A stretch of DNA of 63,831 nt, filler included, from Licmophora abbreviata (taxonomy: Eukaryota), in NCBI GenBank assembly GCA_900291995.1. It is 11 parts of 11 records of this genome, joined end to end, with 100 filler letters (N's around TTAATTAATTAA, not from the genome) between each part and the next. Parts side by side here need not be neighbours in the genome. Positions count along the whole stretch, not along the records: positions 37,071 to 41,062 come from OLMU01000494.1; positions 41,163 to 42,463 come from OLMU01000496.1; positions 42,564 to 54,404 come from OLMU01000498.1; 8 more parts are not named here. One strand, written 5' to 3'. Position numbers and translations under genes: made by a program. Positions within the stretch are counted from its first letter, which is position 1, and every line of letters begins with the position of its first letter. Below are positions 37,475 to 49,488 of this stretch, one piece after another. Under the pieces are notes generated by a model, which made no database searches, was not told the DNA's origin, and saw nothing but the letters and a program-made list of their open reading frames with translations.

Positions 37475-39100
37475 TTAGTCAATGACAGAAGCAGCACCAT
37501 AGGCAACCGTAATGTCTGGATCAATATGGGTGTTAAGTCTTTCCACACCGAGTTCGTCTTGTACAAGTCTTCGAATCTGCGGCATCCTTGTAGTTCCTCC
37601 CACCATTACAACCTCGTCGATGTCTTCTTTGGTCAGATCTAGGTCCGCCAATAATCGTTTTACAGGCGTGATTGATCGTTTGAGCAAAGTCCTAGTAGCT
37701 GTATCGAATTCGGTCGACGTCAGGGAAAGAGGAAAAGGCTCCAGTGATTGGCAAAACTGTCCCACGGAAAGATCCGACAATGGCTCCACAAGCGTCTTCG
37801 GTACTGCTAAGCATTCCGCATTCACGTTGCCGCCACCATCAGGAAAAAAAGAGAGTCGAATCTTGAGCTGCTCGCCCAGGGTATGCAATGACGACAGAGT
37901 ACAAAGCGGAACAGATTCAATGGCGGGACAAGCTCTGGTCACGACTTCCTCCAGGTCGTCTTGTGGGTCCTCTCCAAGCGACCTCTCAAAATGGCTAAGC
38001 ACCTTCGAGACTTGCGATACGACAGCTTGTCCGCCCTTGCGTTCTAACAAAACATGCGCAACAGCAGCATCAAAGTCGGCGCCGCCCAATTCATCGTCGC
38101 CGTCACTGCCCATGACCTCTGCGAATCCCTCTGAAACATGCAGAATGCTCACATCAAGCGTTCCTCCTCCAAAGTCATATACTAAAATGTAGTCCACTCC
38201 TTCCTTTTTATGCAAGCCATACGCCAGTGCTGCCGCAGTTGGCTCCTCGAGAATACGGGTGACTGTGACACCAGCTTGCTTGAACGCTTCGCCTGTTGCT
38301 TGTCGTTGGCGAGCATCGAACTTAGCAGGCACGCAGATAACCGCTGATTTGACATTGTTGTGTCCCAAGTAAGACTTGGTCAACTCTATCAAATGATTCA
38401 CAACGTACGCTCCCACCTGCTGCGGTGCAATCTGCAATCGATGATGGTGATGCGGGACCTCAAACGCGACGCTGCTACTCTCTTCATCCGTCGCAACCAC
38501 GGAGAATTCGACTTCACGTTCGAGCAGTTCTACCGAGTCATGGGACGCAGGGCGCCCTAAGACTCGTTTAGCATTGTACAAGGTATGATGAGGATGACTG
38601 TCGATCCGTTTCTTTGCCGGCATGCCGACCACGACTTGATCTGGTGGTGGATTCAGTAGAGACGACATTGACTTCTTCTGCGTCATCGGAACGTCCTCCA
38701 GAAAAGATACCACCGACGGAACAATGGGCGAGCTGTTGTATGGATCTGGTATACACTCAATAGCCCCGACCGACTTTGAGGGTGCTTGGACACAAATCAC
38801 ACTGTTGGTAGTTCCGAGATCGATTCCTGCGACCGCACTTCGACCTCGAAACCCCATTTTGGCCATGACGCTACATACAAGAATCGCCAATCCAATGAAC
38901 GACGGGAGCAAAGCCTCCATCCCCCCGGAAGGCTTATCGGATCCATGTTTTTGTAGTGCCTTGCTGCGTTTCTTTTTGACGGTGGAAGTAGTGATCGACG
39001 TCTGCAAAGGTGTGGCATTTATGAAGTTTTCGCTCGCAGCTTCCTTGTCACGTTTCCTCCTCCGTCGTCGATGTCGGGGAGCTGCAGCTGTATCAGACAT
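37475..39100 (-). CDS. Membrane-anchored Hsp70-family ATPase lacking the substrate-binding domain (HSPA13/STCH-like)
   Basis: TM segment LLPSFIGLAILVCSVMA; GIDLGTTNS, EEPTAAALAYG, YDFGGGTLDVS, LGGADFD, VMVGGTTRMP; ends at VAYGAASVID right after the nucleotide-binding domain. Confidence 0.88.
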   Translation of the reverse strand: MSDTAAAPRHRRRRRKRDKEAASENFINATPLQTSITTSTVKKKRSKALQKHGSDKPSGGMEALLPSFIGLAILVCSVMAKMGFRGRSAVAGIDLGTTNSVICVQAPSKSVGAIECIPDPYNSSPIVPSVVSFLEDVPMTQKKSMSSLLNPPPDQVVVGMPAKKRIDSHPHHTLYNAKRVLGRPASHDSVELLEREVEFSVVATDEESSSVAFEVPHHHHRLQIAPQQVGAYVVNHLIELTKSYLGHNNVKSAVICVPAKFDARQRQATGEAFKQAGVTVTRILEEPTAAALAYGLHKKEGVDYILVYDFGGGTLDVSILHVSEGFAEVMGSDGDDELGGADFDAAVAHVLLERKGGQAVVSQVSKVLSHFERSLGEDPQDDLEEVVTRACPAIESVPLCTLSSLHTLGEQLKIRLSFFPDGGGNVNAECLAVPKTLVEPLSDLSVGQFCQSLEPFPLSLTSTEFDTATRTLLKRSITPVKRLLADLDLTKEDIDEVVMVGGTTRMPQIRRLVQDELGVERLNTHIDPDITVAYGAASVID

Positions 39101-39203
39101 AGTAATGGAAGAGGAGTCCGTTGTTGTCGTGTCGCACTTGTACGCTTGTCATGGTCGAGGGCGATGATGGGCGGGATGATGACGAGGCGGGCGAAATTAT
39201 AGT

Positions 39204-39292
39204 TGACGTACCTTCCACGTGGACACCGGTACGTCGCGCCACGACTCAAGAGCTCATGACTGGAAGTTGGTACACGGATGACGTCATACGTT
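39204..39292. promoter_or_regulatory. Cluster of ACGT-core (bZIP/bHLH-type) elements in a bidirectional promoter
   Basis: TGACGT 39204-39209, CCACGTGG 39215-39222, ACGT 39231, ATGACGTCAT 39278-39287, ACGT 39288; function inferred. Confidence 0.45.
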
Positions 39293-39373
39293 TGACAAGC
39301 ACGCACTCGTCGCTCATCGCGGGCAAAACAAACTCGATGACAAACCGAACATTATAAGTCGCGACAGCCCACC

Positions 39374-40570
39374 ATGGCAGCAATGAATGATAACCACAAC
39401 GGTGAGCTGTTGTCGCCTCCACAAACGTCATCATCAGAGGGAACGAAGGCACTCTTGGTATTCTCCCCTGAATTGGCGTCAAAGCTAGCCAATAAGAGGT
39501 TCGCTCCGACGTACGTGGGCGTCCGGCGCGTCCGCCCCGATGACGACGCGATTGAGCATCAGCGGCGCAAGTCGTCCATATTCTCGGTCCAGCCTTCGAA
39601 TACCGCCATTGTTTACAAGATTACTAATGAATTTGGTGTCGAGCGTCGTATGACCGCACAAGAAAAGAAAGATCTCAAATCGAAACTCAAAAAGGAACAA
39701 GCCACGGAGCGCAAGAAACGCAAACTGGAGCAGATCCTACTATCGCATCAGCAACAGCGGAATTCTGAGGACGACGCCGACGATACTATTTCGACTAAAA
39801 CTACAAAACCCGCACCGGAAGACGAGCTACAGAATGTCCGAGATGGAACTCCTCCCGTGTTACTATCACCCTGTATGGCGCTCGAAGTCAGACGACGGCT
39901 AGAGCAGACTAGAAACACCCCCAATGTACGCATGGACGGAAAATCTGCACTCGATTGGTGTGCGGCATTGCGGAGCTCGATTGAAGTCGCCGAAGAATTG
40001 AGACAGAAAGAAGATTTACGACCCATGGTGTACAGGATGATTCCCGAGGTTTGGACACGGATGCGACCAGGCTCATTGATATCGCTTGATGATACAGAAA
40101 ATGATCATAAGTCATCCATTTGTTCACTGTTGAAGAGTGCGAAATGTGGCAGCGCTCCCTCAAGTGACATCCTGTGGCCGCCCATGAGAGTTTCGCTGGA
40201 ATCATTTGACTCCGACATGGACGTCGTCTACTTTCTTCTGCATCGATATAGCACGCTCAACATATCCTGCGGAGCCAAGTTCGGCTGCGACTTGTTGCTG
40301 TACGACGGTCCACGACACAAACGGCATGCCTTCGCCGGACTACGAGTTTATAGTCCTGATTGTGAACCTACGGCATACGAGTTAGCGGCCTATGCGCGAT
40401 GTCTTCATACGGCAGGGAAGCTTGCGCTTGTAGCAACTGTGGTTCGCCACGGAGGAGAGTGTGGTGTTGCTTTCGTAGATCTGGTTCTCGAAAAGATTGC
40501 AAACACGACGAGTGCGAAGGTGCCGATAGGCAGGCGACGAGATGTAGGAAAGAACTTGAGCAAGGCTTAG
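39374..40570 (+). CDS. tRNA-intron endonuclease catalytic-domain protein (Sen34-like)
   Basis: C-terminal ISCGAKFGCDLLLYDGPRHKRHA...ARCLHTAGKLALVA carries the Tyr/His/Lys triad of tRNA splicing endonucleases. Confidence 0.8.
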   Translation: MAAMNDNHNGELLSPPQTSSSEGTKALLVFSPELASKLANKRFAPTYVGVRRVRPDDDAIEHQRRKSSIFSVQPSNTAIVYKITNEFGVERRMTAQEKKDLKSKLKKEQATERKKRKLEQILLSHQQQRNSEDDADDTISTKTTKPAPEDELQNVRDGTPPVLLSPCMALEVRRRLEQTRNTPNVRMDGKSALDWCAALRSSIEVAEELRQKEDLRPMVYRMIPEVWTRMRPGSLISLDDTENDHKSSICSLLKSAKCGSAPSSDILWPPMRVSLESFDSDMDVVYFLLHRYSTLNISCGAKFGCDLLLYDGPRHKRHAFAGLRVYSPDCEPTAYELAAYARCLHTAGKLALVATVVRHGGECGVAFVDLVLEKIANTTSAKVPIGRRRDVGKNLSKA

Positions 40571-40711
40571 TAAGTTTTTCCGAGAAATGTCAGATGAGTG
40601 AACCAATGTTGCTCGGTGAATGCGTATCCGGACGACTAGCTAAATTCATATCTTCAGCTACATCCTCCTACAAGTTAGAAATCCCCGTCTAATTTATAAG
40701 AAGTCGACCGA

Positions 40712-41062
40712 TTAGTTGTTTTCGTCCACTCTCTGCTCGTCGGGCGGAAAGTTCGCTTCGGTACAGCGCCAGACAGGGCGATCAAAACTGTCCTGAATGG
40801 GGCGAGCAACACTTTCACGATAGTGAACACTCGTGCTCTTGCAGTCCGGTGAAACGTGTAGGAAGATAAGACGTTTCATTTGTTGCAGCTGAAGGAAATT
40901 CATATGCATGGGAGTGTCGATGACAAACCACGTGACCCACTCACTACATGGGGGATCCGTGAGCGATCCCTCGTACCCAAAGAAGTAATAGCTTGGGACC
41001 AACCACGGGTCATGAGGGTTCCATATCCCAGTTTGTAGCTCACGCGACTTCTCTTCATAGTC
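40712..41062 (-). CDS. Alpha-carbonic anhydrase-like protein, C-terminal fragment (5' part in gap)
   Basis: WNPHDPWLVPSYYFFGYEGSLTDPPCSEWVTWFVIDTPM..QL..MK, VARPIQ; frame open up to the gap. Confidence 0.85.
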   Translation of the reverse strand, partial: DYEEKSRELQTGIWNPHDPWLVPSYYFFGYEGSLTDPPCSEWVTWFVIDTPMHMNFLQLQQMKRLIFLHVSPDCKSTSVHYRESVARPIQDSFDRPVWRCTEANFPPDEQRVDENN

Positions 41063-41282
41063 NNNNNNNNNNNNNNNNNNNNNNNNNNNNNNNNNNNNNN
41101 NNNNNNTTAATTAATTAANNNNNNNNNNNNNNNNNNNNNNNNNNNNNNNNNNNNNNNNNNNNTTCTTGCTCTTCAATGCCTCCCCTCTGTGTGTCTTGTG
41201 TCTGTCCGTAAGCGCGTCAACCTCTACAATGACCTGTCAAAGTCATTTCTGTCTCCTGTGATACATTTTTTCTTCGACTGCC

Positions 41283-42463
41283 ATGGCGGGTTGGCAAACG
41301 TCGTCGATCCTGCAGATAGCGGGGGTAACTCTCTGTCTTGCACTAGGCTTGTGTAGTCTGTCACAGGGTCTCAAGAGAACCCCGGACGCGGCAGCATCTC
41401 CATTTGTAACATCGACAACAACTAGTATTGCCCTTTCAACCGAGTCACCACCGATCTTTGAGAGTACTGTCGTGACGGCATACTTTGACATTCCGTCCAA
41501 GAGAGAAAAGAATGTGTACATGCAATGGATACCAAACATGATGAAGCTGGATGACGCCATGGTCATTTTCACGTCGCCCGATATGGTACCGCACATCCGA
41601 GCTTGGAGAGAGTCTCATGCTTCCGACCGCACGTTGATTGTACCCGTAGAGTTCGACGACATCCAAGTTCATGAGTTCGACACTAAATTCTGGGAGCATC
41701 AGTACTCTCAAGATCCTCAAGGGGGTAAACGACTGCACATTGTACATGGATGGCAGCTGTACAAGCTATGGCTGATGAAACCAATGTTGGTAAACGAGGC
41801 CATACGGCGAGATCCATTCAAGAGTTCGGTCTATGTGTGGTCCGATATTGGGCAATTTCGGAATAACCAAGAAGATTGGACGGGGAAAAACATGGTGGTA
41901 CACCCAGAAGTCGTCCCTCAGAATCAAATGTTGTTTTTGGCAACGACACAGTATTACAGTCGTCCACGCAAACCGGTGAACTCGCCCTGGTTTCGACGGA
42001 ATGGTCACTTTGTAGCGGGGGGAAGCTTCGCCGGTCGTACACAAGTGTGGAAAGAATTTTCAGGTGTATTCGACAAGACGATTCGGGGATACGTTGAACG
42101 GGATCTCGGCGTCTACGACGACCAGCCCATTCTACTGAGCGCTTGTCTACAACGACCAGAGCTATGCCGATTTGTTGCTCCACTTTCTCGACTGGGCAGT
42201 TCGAAAGACGCTGAAAGTGACGGCTATTGGACATTCCAAGGTGGTAAACGGCTTTCCGAATACCCAAGCGGGGGGTTCTTCTCGTTCAAGTACTTGCTGC
42301 ATCACGGCGGCGACGCACTGGATCTCTGGTTTCCCGGGCGTGATGGCATAGCCGAGGACACGCCTCTCATGACCGCAGATGAGATGCAGCGGCAAGGTCT
42401 GCAACTAATTGATACTTGGGAGGGCGCAGCTGAAGTTAGAGCCAGGATGGGTAGCAATAAGAG
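41283..42463 (+). CDS. HtrL/YibB-like putative glycosyltransferase, N-terminal anchor, C-terminus in gap
   Basis: STVVTAYFDIPSK, MVIFT, KPMLVNEAIRRDPFKSSVYVWSDIGQFR, VAGGSFAG, DDQPIL; hydrophobic N-terminus; intronless. Confidence 0.7.
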
Positions 42464-42563
42464 NNNNNNNNNNNNNNNNNNNNNNNNNNNNNNNNNNNNN
42501 NNNNNNNTTAATTAATTAANNNNNNNNNNNNNNNNNNNNNNNNNNNNNNNNNNNNNNNNNNNN

Positions 42564-43495
42564 AGACACTCGCGAGCAGATTCTCAGCTGCTTTGAGACG
42601 GTTGCCTGTTTCGCAATGACGCACCCTGGCTTCGCTGTCACCAAGAAGAAGTACACGGGCGACGTCAACGCAATGGAGAAGACGTTCTTGCATCTGCTCG
42701 ACCGGTACTGCCATCGTGTATTTCAAGGCATGGAGCCAAAGACGATCCGAGGACGCAAGCTTACGGCGGTGGAACTCGGTTCGTACATCAAGGCGTACGC
42801 CGAACTCTTTGCATCAGGTGCTCATTTTCCCGAGGCGGCGACGCTGCTCGATGCGACGGCATCTGCCAACAATACGAACGCGGTGCATCTTGCAATGGCA
42901 GAGTACAAGCATCGCATGGATCGTATTGCGGGGCCTCACTGTACCAACTACGTCAAACCGGAGGAGCTGGAGGAGTTTGAGGTAGAAGTGCGCAAGGCAG
43001 CCGCGCAAGTGTTTGACGAGATTGCCACGTTTGGAAATCCGCGTGACATCCAGGAAGCGAACGCCAAGCTCAAGGAGCAAGTTGACGAAAGCTTCGTCGT
43101 GTACAAATCACTCAACGACGGTCGAAACCCTCTCGCTGGGCTTGAAACGTGAGTATTATCCCGCCGAATTTTGCGCTGGCGAACTTGCATTGCTCCATGA
43201 AGCTCATGCTGTCGATTATTTGATTTCGTTGTCGTGACACAGGTATCTGCTTCCCATGATCATCGCTTTCTGTTCGTATATCTTGCGATGGATTGCCGAC
43301 ATGACCTGCTCCGACTGGTCCCAAGTTTGCCGAGCAAGTTCAGACATGCTTTCTCACTTGTACTCGGTGGTAATTATATTCCTATTGATTGTCGCTGCGA
43401 CGAAAGCACAGCAGATCATGGCGGTGCTCAAGAAGTTCCAGACAGCGTTGGAAGTGCTCGCGGCCGACGGAAAAACGAAGACGAAGAGCGATTAA
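42564..43495 (+). CDS. Atlastin/GBP-family GTPase, C-terminal part; intron 43149-43242
   Basis: CFAMTHPGFAV, EPKTIRGRKLTAVELGSYIKAY, helical bundle and two C-terminal hydrophobic segments; GTPase N-terminus missing in the gap. Confidence 0.8.
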
Positions 43496-43614
43496 ATCAT
43501 CACAAAAGGTAGTTCGGCGTTGTTACTAGAGTTTGATAAACGTCCATTTCACGTCAAAAAGATAGCTGTTACCGCGGTACTCGTGCTTGAGACGTAGCAT
43601 TTCCAACAGCGTTT

Positions 43615-44388
<774 letters not shown>

Positions 44389-45081
44389 TTAGAAGCGAGT
44401 GGACGAGAGGAAGCCAGAACAGATGAATGAGTGGGGCAGGGATGGCATCACAGTCCAGCACACACGTCGGCGACAAGAAAGCAAGAGAAGACGCAAAACA
44501 GGCAATGACTAAAACAACACAATGACCATGGTCATTGCTTCTGAGATTCCCTTTCGTCATCACAACGCACTAGCAAAATCAAAGGAATAAGGAATTTTCC
44601 AGGTCGATCCGGAACCAAAGCGTACCGAATCCCGAATCGAGGAGCGCAGCATCGTGGAGACCGACCTCAATGGGAAAGACACACGTTTTGTTTGGCTCTC
44701 ATCTATCCTACGCGTCAGCTAGGTTCTCTTTAGCACAGAAACGGCCCGATCGGGAGCGTACAAGAAACAAAACAGACGACAAGACACACACACCTTCAAG
44801 AGACGAATCTGGCCACGAGCGGATGCAGACTTTGGTCAGCGTGACTTTTCTACGTAGGAGCCGTATGGAATTTTACGTAAATAAACCCGGAAGTTTTTTA
44901 TCCCACAAATCCCACGGTCTGTCCGAAAGTACGACTGATGCAAAGCTCGACTTTGTCTGCCGTAGATGCTGACTGACATAAGGTAGACCTAAGCTACTCT
45001 CTATCATACTTTGTAGTTCATAGAAGGTCACCTACGTAGGTTTAGCGATCCTCAATTCGTATCTACAACCACATTACTCAA

Positions 45082-45972
45082 TCAAAAGCTAGCCAAGCCA
45101 CCACTCATAGGAGTCGCCTCCACTAGCTCATTGAACCCTTCGACTGCCTTGTCGACGCCATTGTCAAAGCGCGGCGAGTCAATCTTATCCCGAAGGTTCG
45201 AAAATGGATTTAGCGTGTACTGAACAAAGAGATCGTGTATTTTGGCCTTTAAATAGTGGGATAAGAGTAACAGAATAGCAAAGCGGCCGTTTGTTAGCAA
45301 ATAACCACACGCGGACTCACTCAACACAGCAAAACAAACCCATCACAAAAGTAACACGGAGTCATGTCATTCTTGATTGAACTTACAAAGACTAATTTAA
45401 GTTCCGTCTCGCGTATGGATTGAGAAGGTTCTTGTGGACTTTCCACCATGACAAGGAACTTGATCTTGGTTGGAGTGACGTAACCTAGGGTCGAATGTCC
45501 AGTCAGTGGAATAACAACAAGAACAAGAAAGGTTGCGTTGGTATAATGAGTAGATTTGCCCCATTGGCACGCCGGAAATATACTACGCAACGACTCCCCT
45601 CCAAATCCCTTACCGTAAATGTAGAAATCTTCCATGGGACACAACTGCCCAAGCCACCTGGAGCCTGCTCGGTTCTCCCGGAGGACCTCGTCGAGACTAT
45701 CCAAGGCCGCGTGCATCATGAACTGAGTAAGAACATTTGAACATGCGAGGATGCAGGGAGAGTTGAGTAGGAGTGATCCAATCGTGACCGCGTAGAGATT
45801 TACAATCTATTACCTCTTGCTCTAACGAGAGAGAATCGTTTGAGCGCCGCTCGGCCGAGTCAAACCCAAAGTGGTCAGGTTCGGGAGTCTTTTCTTCACT
45901 GTCTTGCGTCAGCGATCGCAAGTAAAGGGGCTCGTTCTGCTTTCCTACAATGGCGAGACAGACCAGCGACAT
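45082..45972 (-). CDS. TRAPPC2L: TRAPP complex subunit 2-like (sedlin family), 4 exons
   Basis: LVCLAIVGKQNEPLYL, FMMHAALD, WLGQLCPMEDFYIYG|YVTPTKIKFL, IHDLFVQYTLNPFS, SPRFD; three in-phase GT-AG introns. Confidence 0.88.
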
Positions 45973-46311
45973 GATCTAACAATGGAGGAGGAGGCGAGAA
46001 ATACAAGTAGAATGCCGAGGCGCGATGCGGATGCATACGACTTTTCTATGAGGCCGGTCATACGAGTAGTTGCAATGATTGTTTAACAGTTAAGGTGAAT
46101 TTTGATATGAGTAATACAAGAAACGAGGTCCTTTGGATGAGTAGTCCCAATGTCGAGGCGTCGAATTCAGTGTTCTCACGAAACGAACGCCTCATTGATG
46201 GCACCGCGCCATCATCACATCGCGGCGGTCTCACAAGAGCACCGCATCATCTACTCTAGTATATCTGCCGCTGTTGTCCTTCTTGACGTTTCCAAGCGAG
46301 AGCTTCTTAGG

Positions 46312-47981
46312 ATGAGCAATGCAAACTCGAGTTCTACTAGTACAGGAAAACGACGACGCGTGGAGGATCTAGACAACAACAACGACGATGCCGTGTGGGC
46401 AGATTTTCATGAGCTTGCGCACCGATACCCTGAATTTGCGAGGGCGTGGACCACAGTAAAGGAACAAAAGAACATGTCGCTAGCTGCTCCAGCATCTCCC
46501 GAGTTTCAGGTCGCTCTGACACGAGCCTTGCTACATTTGCGGTTTGAGCTGCACATGCCGAGTCTTCCGGACGACCGACTATGTCCTCCTGTTCCGAACC
46601 GATGGGCTTATGTTCGATGGATCCAGCGGACACTCCTGCCAATGATTCACACTCGGGACCGCCATTTCGAGACGATATTACCCCCCGTGTATCGAGGACT
46701 GGACATTGGAACGGGAGCAAGTTGTATCTACTCCTTGTTGTATGTCAAGACACAGCCAGATGCGTGGACCATGGTGGGCACAGAAGTTGATCCGATATCC
46801 GCCGAGTCTTCTCGGACGAACGTTCGTGCCAACCAGCTCGAGTCGAAAATCCAAGTTGTTGACGTCCCTCCAACCCGTATACAGTGCAACGAGATTGCCG
46901 ATCGCGGTACGCACACCTCGGCAATAGGGGACTCTGACGGGCCGATCTCGTGTGCATTGCAACGATCGACCATTGCCGCGACACGGTCACCGCAAGGAGG
47001 TCCTTGCTTCGACTTTTGCATGACAAATCCGCCCTTTTTCGATACTGCGGAGGCCGTACGACCGCGTGCTGATGATCGACACCGTTCTCCCATGACAAGC
47101 TTCGAGGGGACGTACCCCGGTGGGGAAGAAGGCTTTGTGATCGACATGATCCGTGATAGTGTCAAGTTGCGTGACCGCATTGGATGGTACTCCGCCATGT
47201 GCGGGAAAAAGACATCATTTGTTCGACTGCGACAGATTCTTATTCATCTCTTAGGTCCTGGGCATGTACACACCATGCAATTTGGGCCGGGGCATATGAC
47301 GCGCTGGTTCTTAGCATGGACGTATCGACGACCCAGGATGAGATCACCTGGTGCGTGTGCTTCTATGATTGGTTGAGGTTCGTATGTCCACAAATCATAT
47401 GAAAAAGACACTTCGTTTGGGTGTCGCGGGACCGTCATCTCATGCTGCTCGTACCCATTGACTACTCGATTGCAGCCGCAGAAGTTGACGGAGACAACTT
47501 TGAGGTTAGGCTGGACGGAGTTGCGGACACTCGCATCACGGAAGAAGTTGTCAACCGAATCCTCGCGTACTGCGACTCGCTACCAGGGTGGGAGCTTACC
47601 TGTCAGGTCAATGGGAGATTTGATGGCGGTGCCTCAATCAGGATTTGTGAGACAGTTGTCTTTTCCGTCGAAAGGTACGTCGACGAACCCGAACCTCTCC
47701 CCGCGCGCTTGCTTGATGGAGTCGAACCATGGGAAGCTACTCAACTGTTGCCGACAGAGGGACACTTTTGCATTGACATTGTCGTTGCACCCAAAAGAGC
47801 CGGTCTACAAGATACGGTGCTCGCGACAATGACATGCTTTCGGCATTCGGCTCGAGGGGGCTTTGCGGTTGAGAAGATTCGGTCCCAACTGAAAGGAGAG
47901 GTATGCAGAACAAATCGGAGATGGAGGCGGATTCTCAAGCGGCAGGCGGATGTCTCAACGCAAGCAATGGAGGTAGAATAA
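46312..47981 (+). CDS. METTL16/RlmF-family RNA N6-adenosine methyltransferase; intron 47351-47475
   Basis: DFHELAHRYPEF, RLCPPVPNRWAYVRWI, GLDIGTGASCIYSLL, FDFCMTNPPFF, GGEEGFV, WYSAMCGKK, GHMTRWFLAWTY. Confidence 0.88.
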
Positions 47982-48019
47982 GCAGATCAATGATTATCTA
48001 GCAATATTTAGCGGTCGTT

Positions 48020-49207
48020 CTATGCCGTTATTCTCGGTCTACACACCTTCCTAATGTCATTCACAAAATTGATCGCTGAGCTCACTCCAACTCTTGATGC
48101 GACGATCGTTGGAAGTGCTGGAGCGTAAACGTGAGTGACGGCCGTCACCAGACACTGGTCGGGCTCCTTCAAGTGTTGGATGATGTTGACGCCTAACAGT
48201 ATCTCACTCTTTGCGTACGATTCAGATTCTTCGCTTCGATATGGTACGGCCCTACTGACGACAATATAACCTCCCCCTTCAATGCCATCCTCCGGGCGAA
48301 GCTTCCGTCCGTGCATCATGGTGACAGCTAGCATTTGTTTCTTGCTAATGGGCGGCTGGGTGAGGTTGCGAACAATCTTGGTCTCTCCGTGTCCGAAGCT
48401 TCCTTGCGTGTCGACGCCGAGTTGCATGACTCTCACGTCTTTTCTCCCCAGGCTCATTTTGTTATACGTTTTCACTCGTGACGAATCAAGCAGCAGTTCA
48501 GCCATATCCTTGGCTGACATGTCGACGATGGACTGCGTTTTTATGATGGGTAGGTGCGACCCATGACCTTGCTTGCGCCACTTGCCCGAGTAGACCAAAA
48601 TTTCATCCGCCTCGAGTGCTACCCTGTGGTTTCCCCTCTCCTCCGCCTGTGATGTGGTTTTATCGACTGGCCTCCACTGAACCCATTCGTTGGAGGGAGC
48701 CTTGGCGATTTGGAGCCCGGAGCACGTAAATTTTTCAACCGCCTCTTGCATTTCGAACTCCCGTCCAGTCAGTTCACTCCATATTTCGGACGGAACCACA
48801 GGATGTGTAACACTTTCCAGCGCGCTCGGGTCAATCGGCCTCGCTTCCTCATCTGCGAGACCTACTTGTTTCTCATCGACGTGTCCTGTAGGGGGCTTGA
48901 CACGCAGCCTCGTTCGCAACGGTTCCAACAGAGGGGAACGAGGAGCACGTGTCTTGGGATAGGCATGAAGCGAGTAAATGTCAATGGTCCACTCCGAAAT
49001 ATCTAGTTCGTCTCCGCTTCCATCCTCGTCTCTTGAAATCAGATGATCAACCGTAATCAGCGCTTTTTTCTTGCCAAACGGGACGTGCGTGTCAGTTCCT
49101 CTATCGGAGACTTGCGCCAAGTCCATGGTGGCGGTCACGGCGCTTGCGCGAGCCGCCGTCGCAAGAAAACTGGCCCACATGATAACATCCAACATCGCTC
49201 CTGGCAT
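48020..49207 (-). CDS. START-like lipid-binding domain protein with hydrophobic N-terminus
   Basis: PIIKTQSIVDMSAKDMAELLLDSSRVKTYNKMSLGR, YIVVSRAV, SEILLGVNII, VTAVTHV; exact start codon uncertain. Confidence 0.72.
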   Translation of the reverse strand: MPGAMLDVIMWASFLATAARASAVTATMDLAQVSDRGTDTHVPFGKKKALITVDHLISRDEDGSGDELDISEWTIDIYSLHAYPKTRAPRSPLLEPLRTRLRVKPPTGHVDEKQVGLADEEARPIDPSALESVTHPVVPSEIWSELTGREFEMQEAVEKFTCSGLQIAKAPSNEWVQWRPVDKTTSQAEERGNHRVALEADEILVYSGKWRKQGHGSHLPIIKTQSIVDMSAKDMAELLLDSSRVKTYNKMSLGRKDVRVMQLGVDTQGSFGHGETKIVRNLTQPPISKKQMLAVTMMHGRKLRPEDGIEGGGYIVVSRAVPYRSEESESYAKSEILLGVNIIQHLKEPDQCLVTAVTHVYAPALPTIVASRVGVSSAINFVNDIRKVCRPRITA

Positions 49208-49488
49208 TAAGCACCTTTGCAGAAAGCAATAGCTCCGAGATTCGTAACGGGAATCTGGCAACGGACTGTCGTCATTGATGCAGTGTCAACGCAGTGATGC
49301 AGCAACGGCGTCGCCTCGTGTTCGAGCTCTTTTCTCAGAGTTTGGCGCGCTTCGGTGGCGCGCCAGGCGAGACTCGCGAACAAAAAGTTGAAAGTGTTTG
49401 CATCAGATGACGACCAAAGGATAACAAGCTTTAGCATCTTCTAAAGGTTCTTTTCGCCGTAAAGCTACTCGTAAGAGCATATTGAGTC

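Noticed and set aside
37512..38192. Long antisense ORFs (also 59582-60241, 20626-21216, 43873-44430, 24233-24895)
   Set aside because: Shadows of conserved genes on the opposite strand, with no recognisable motifs.
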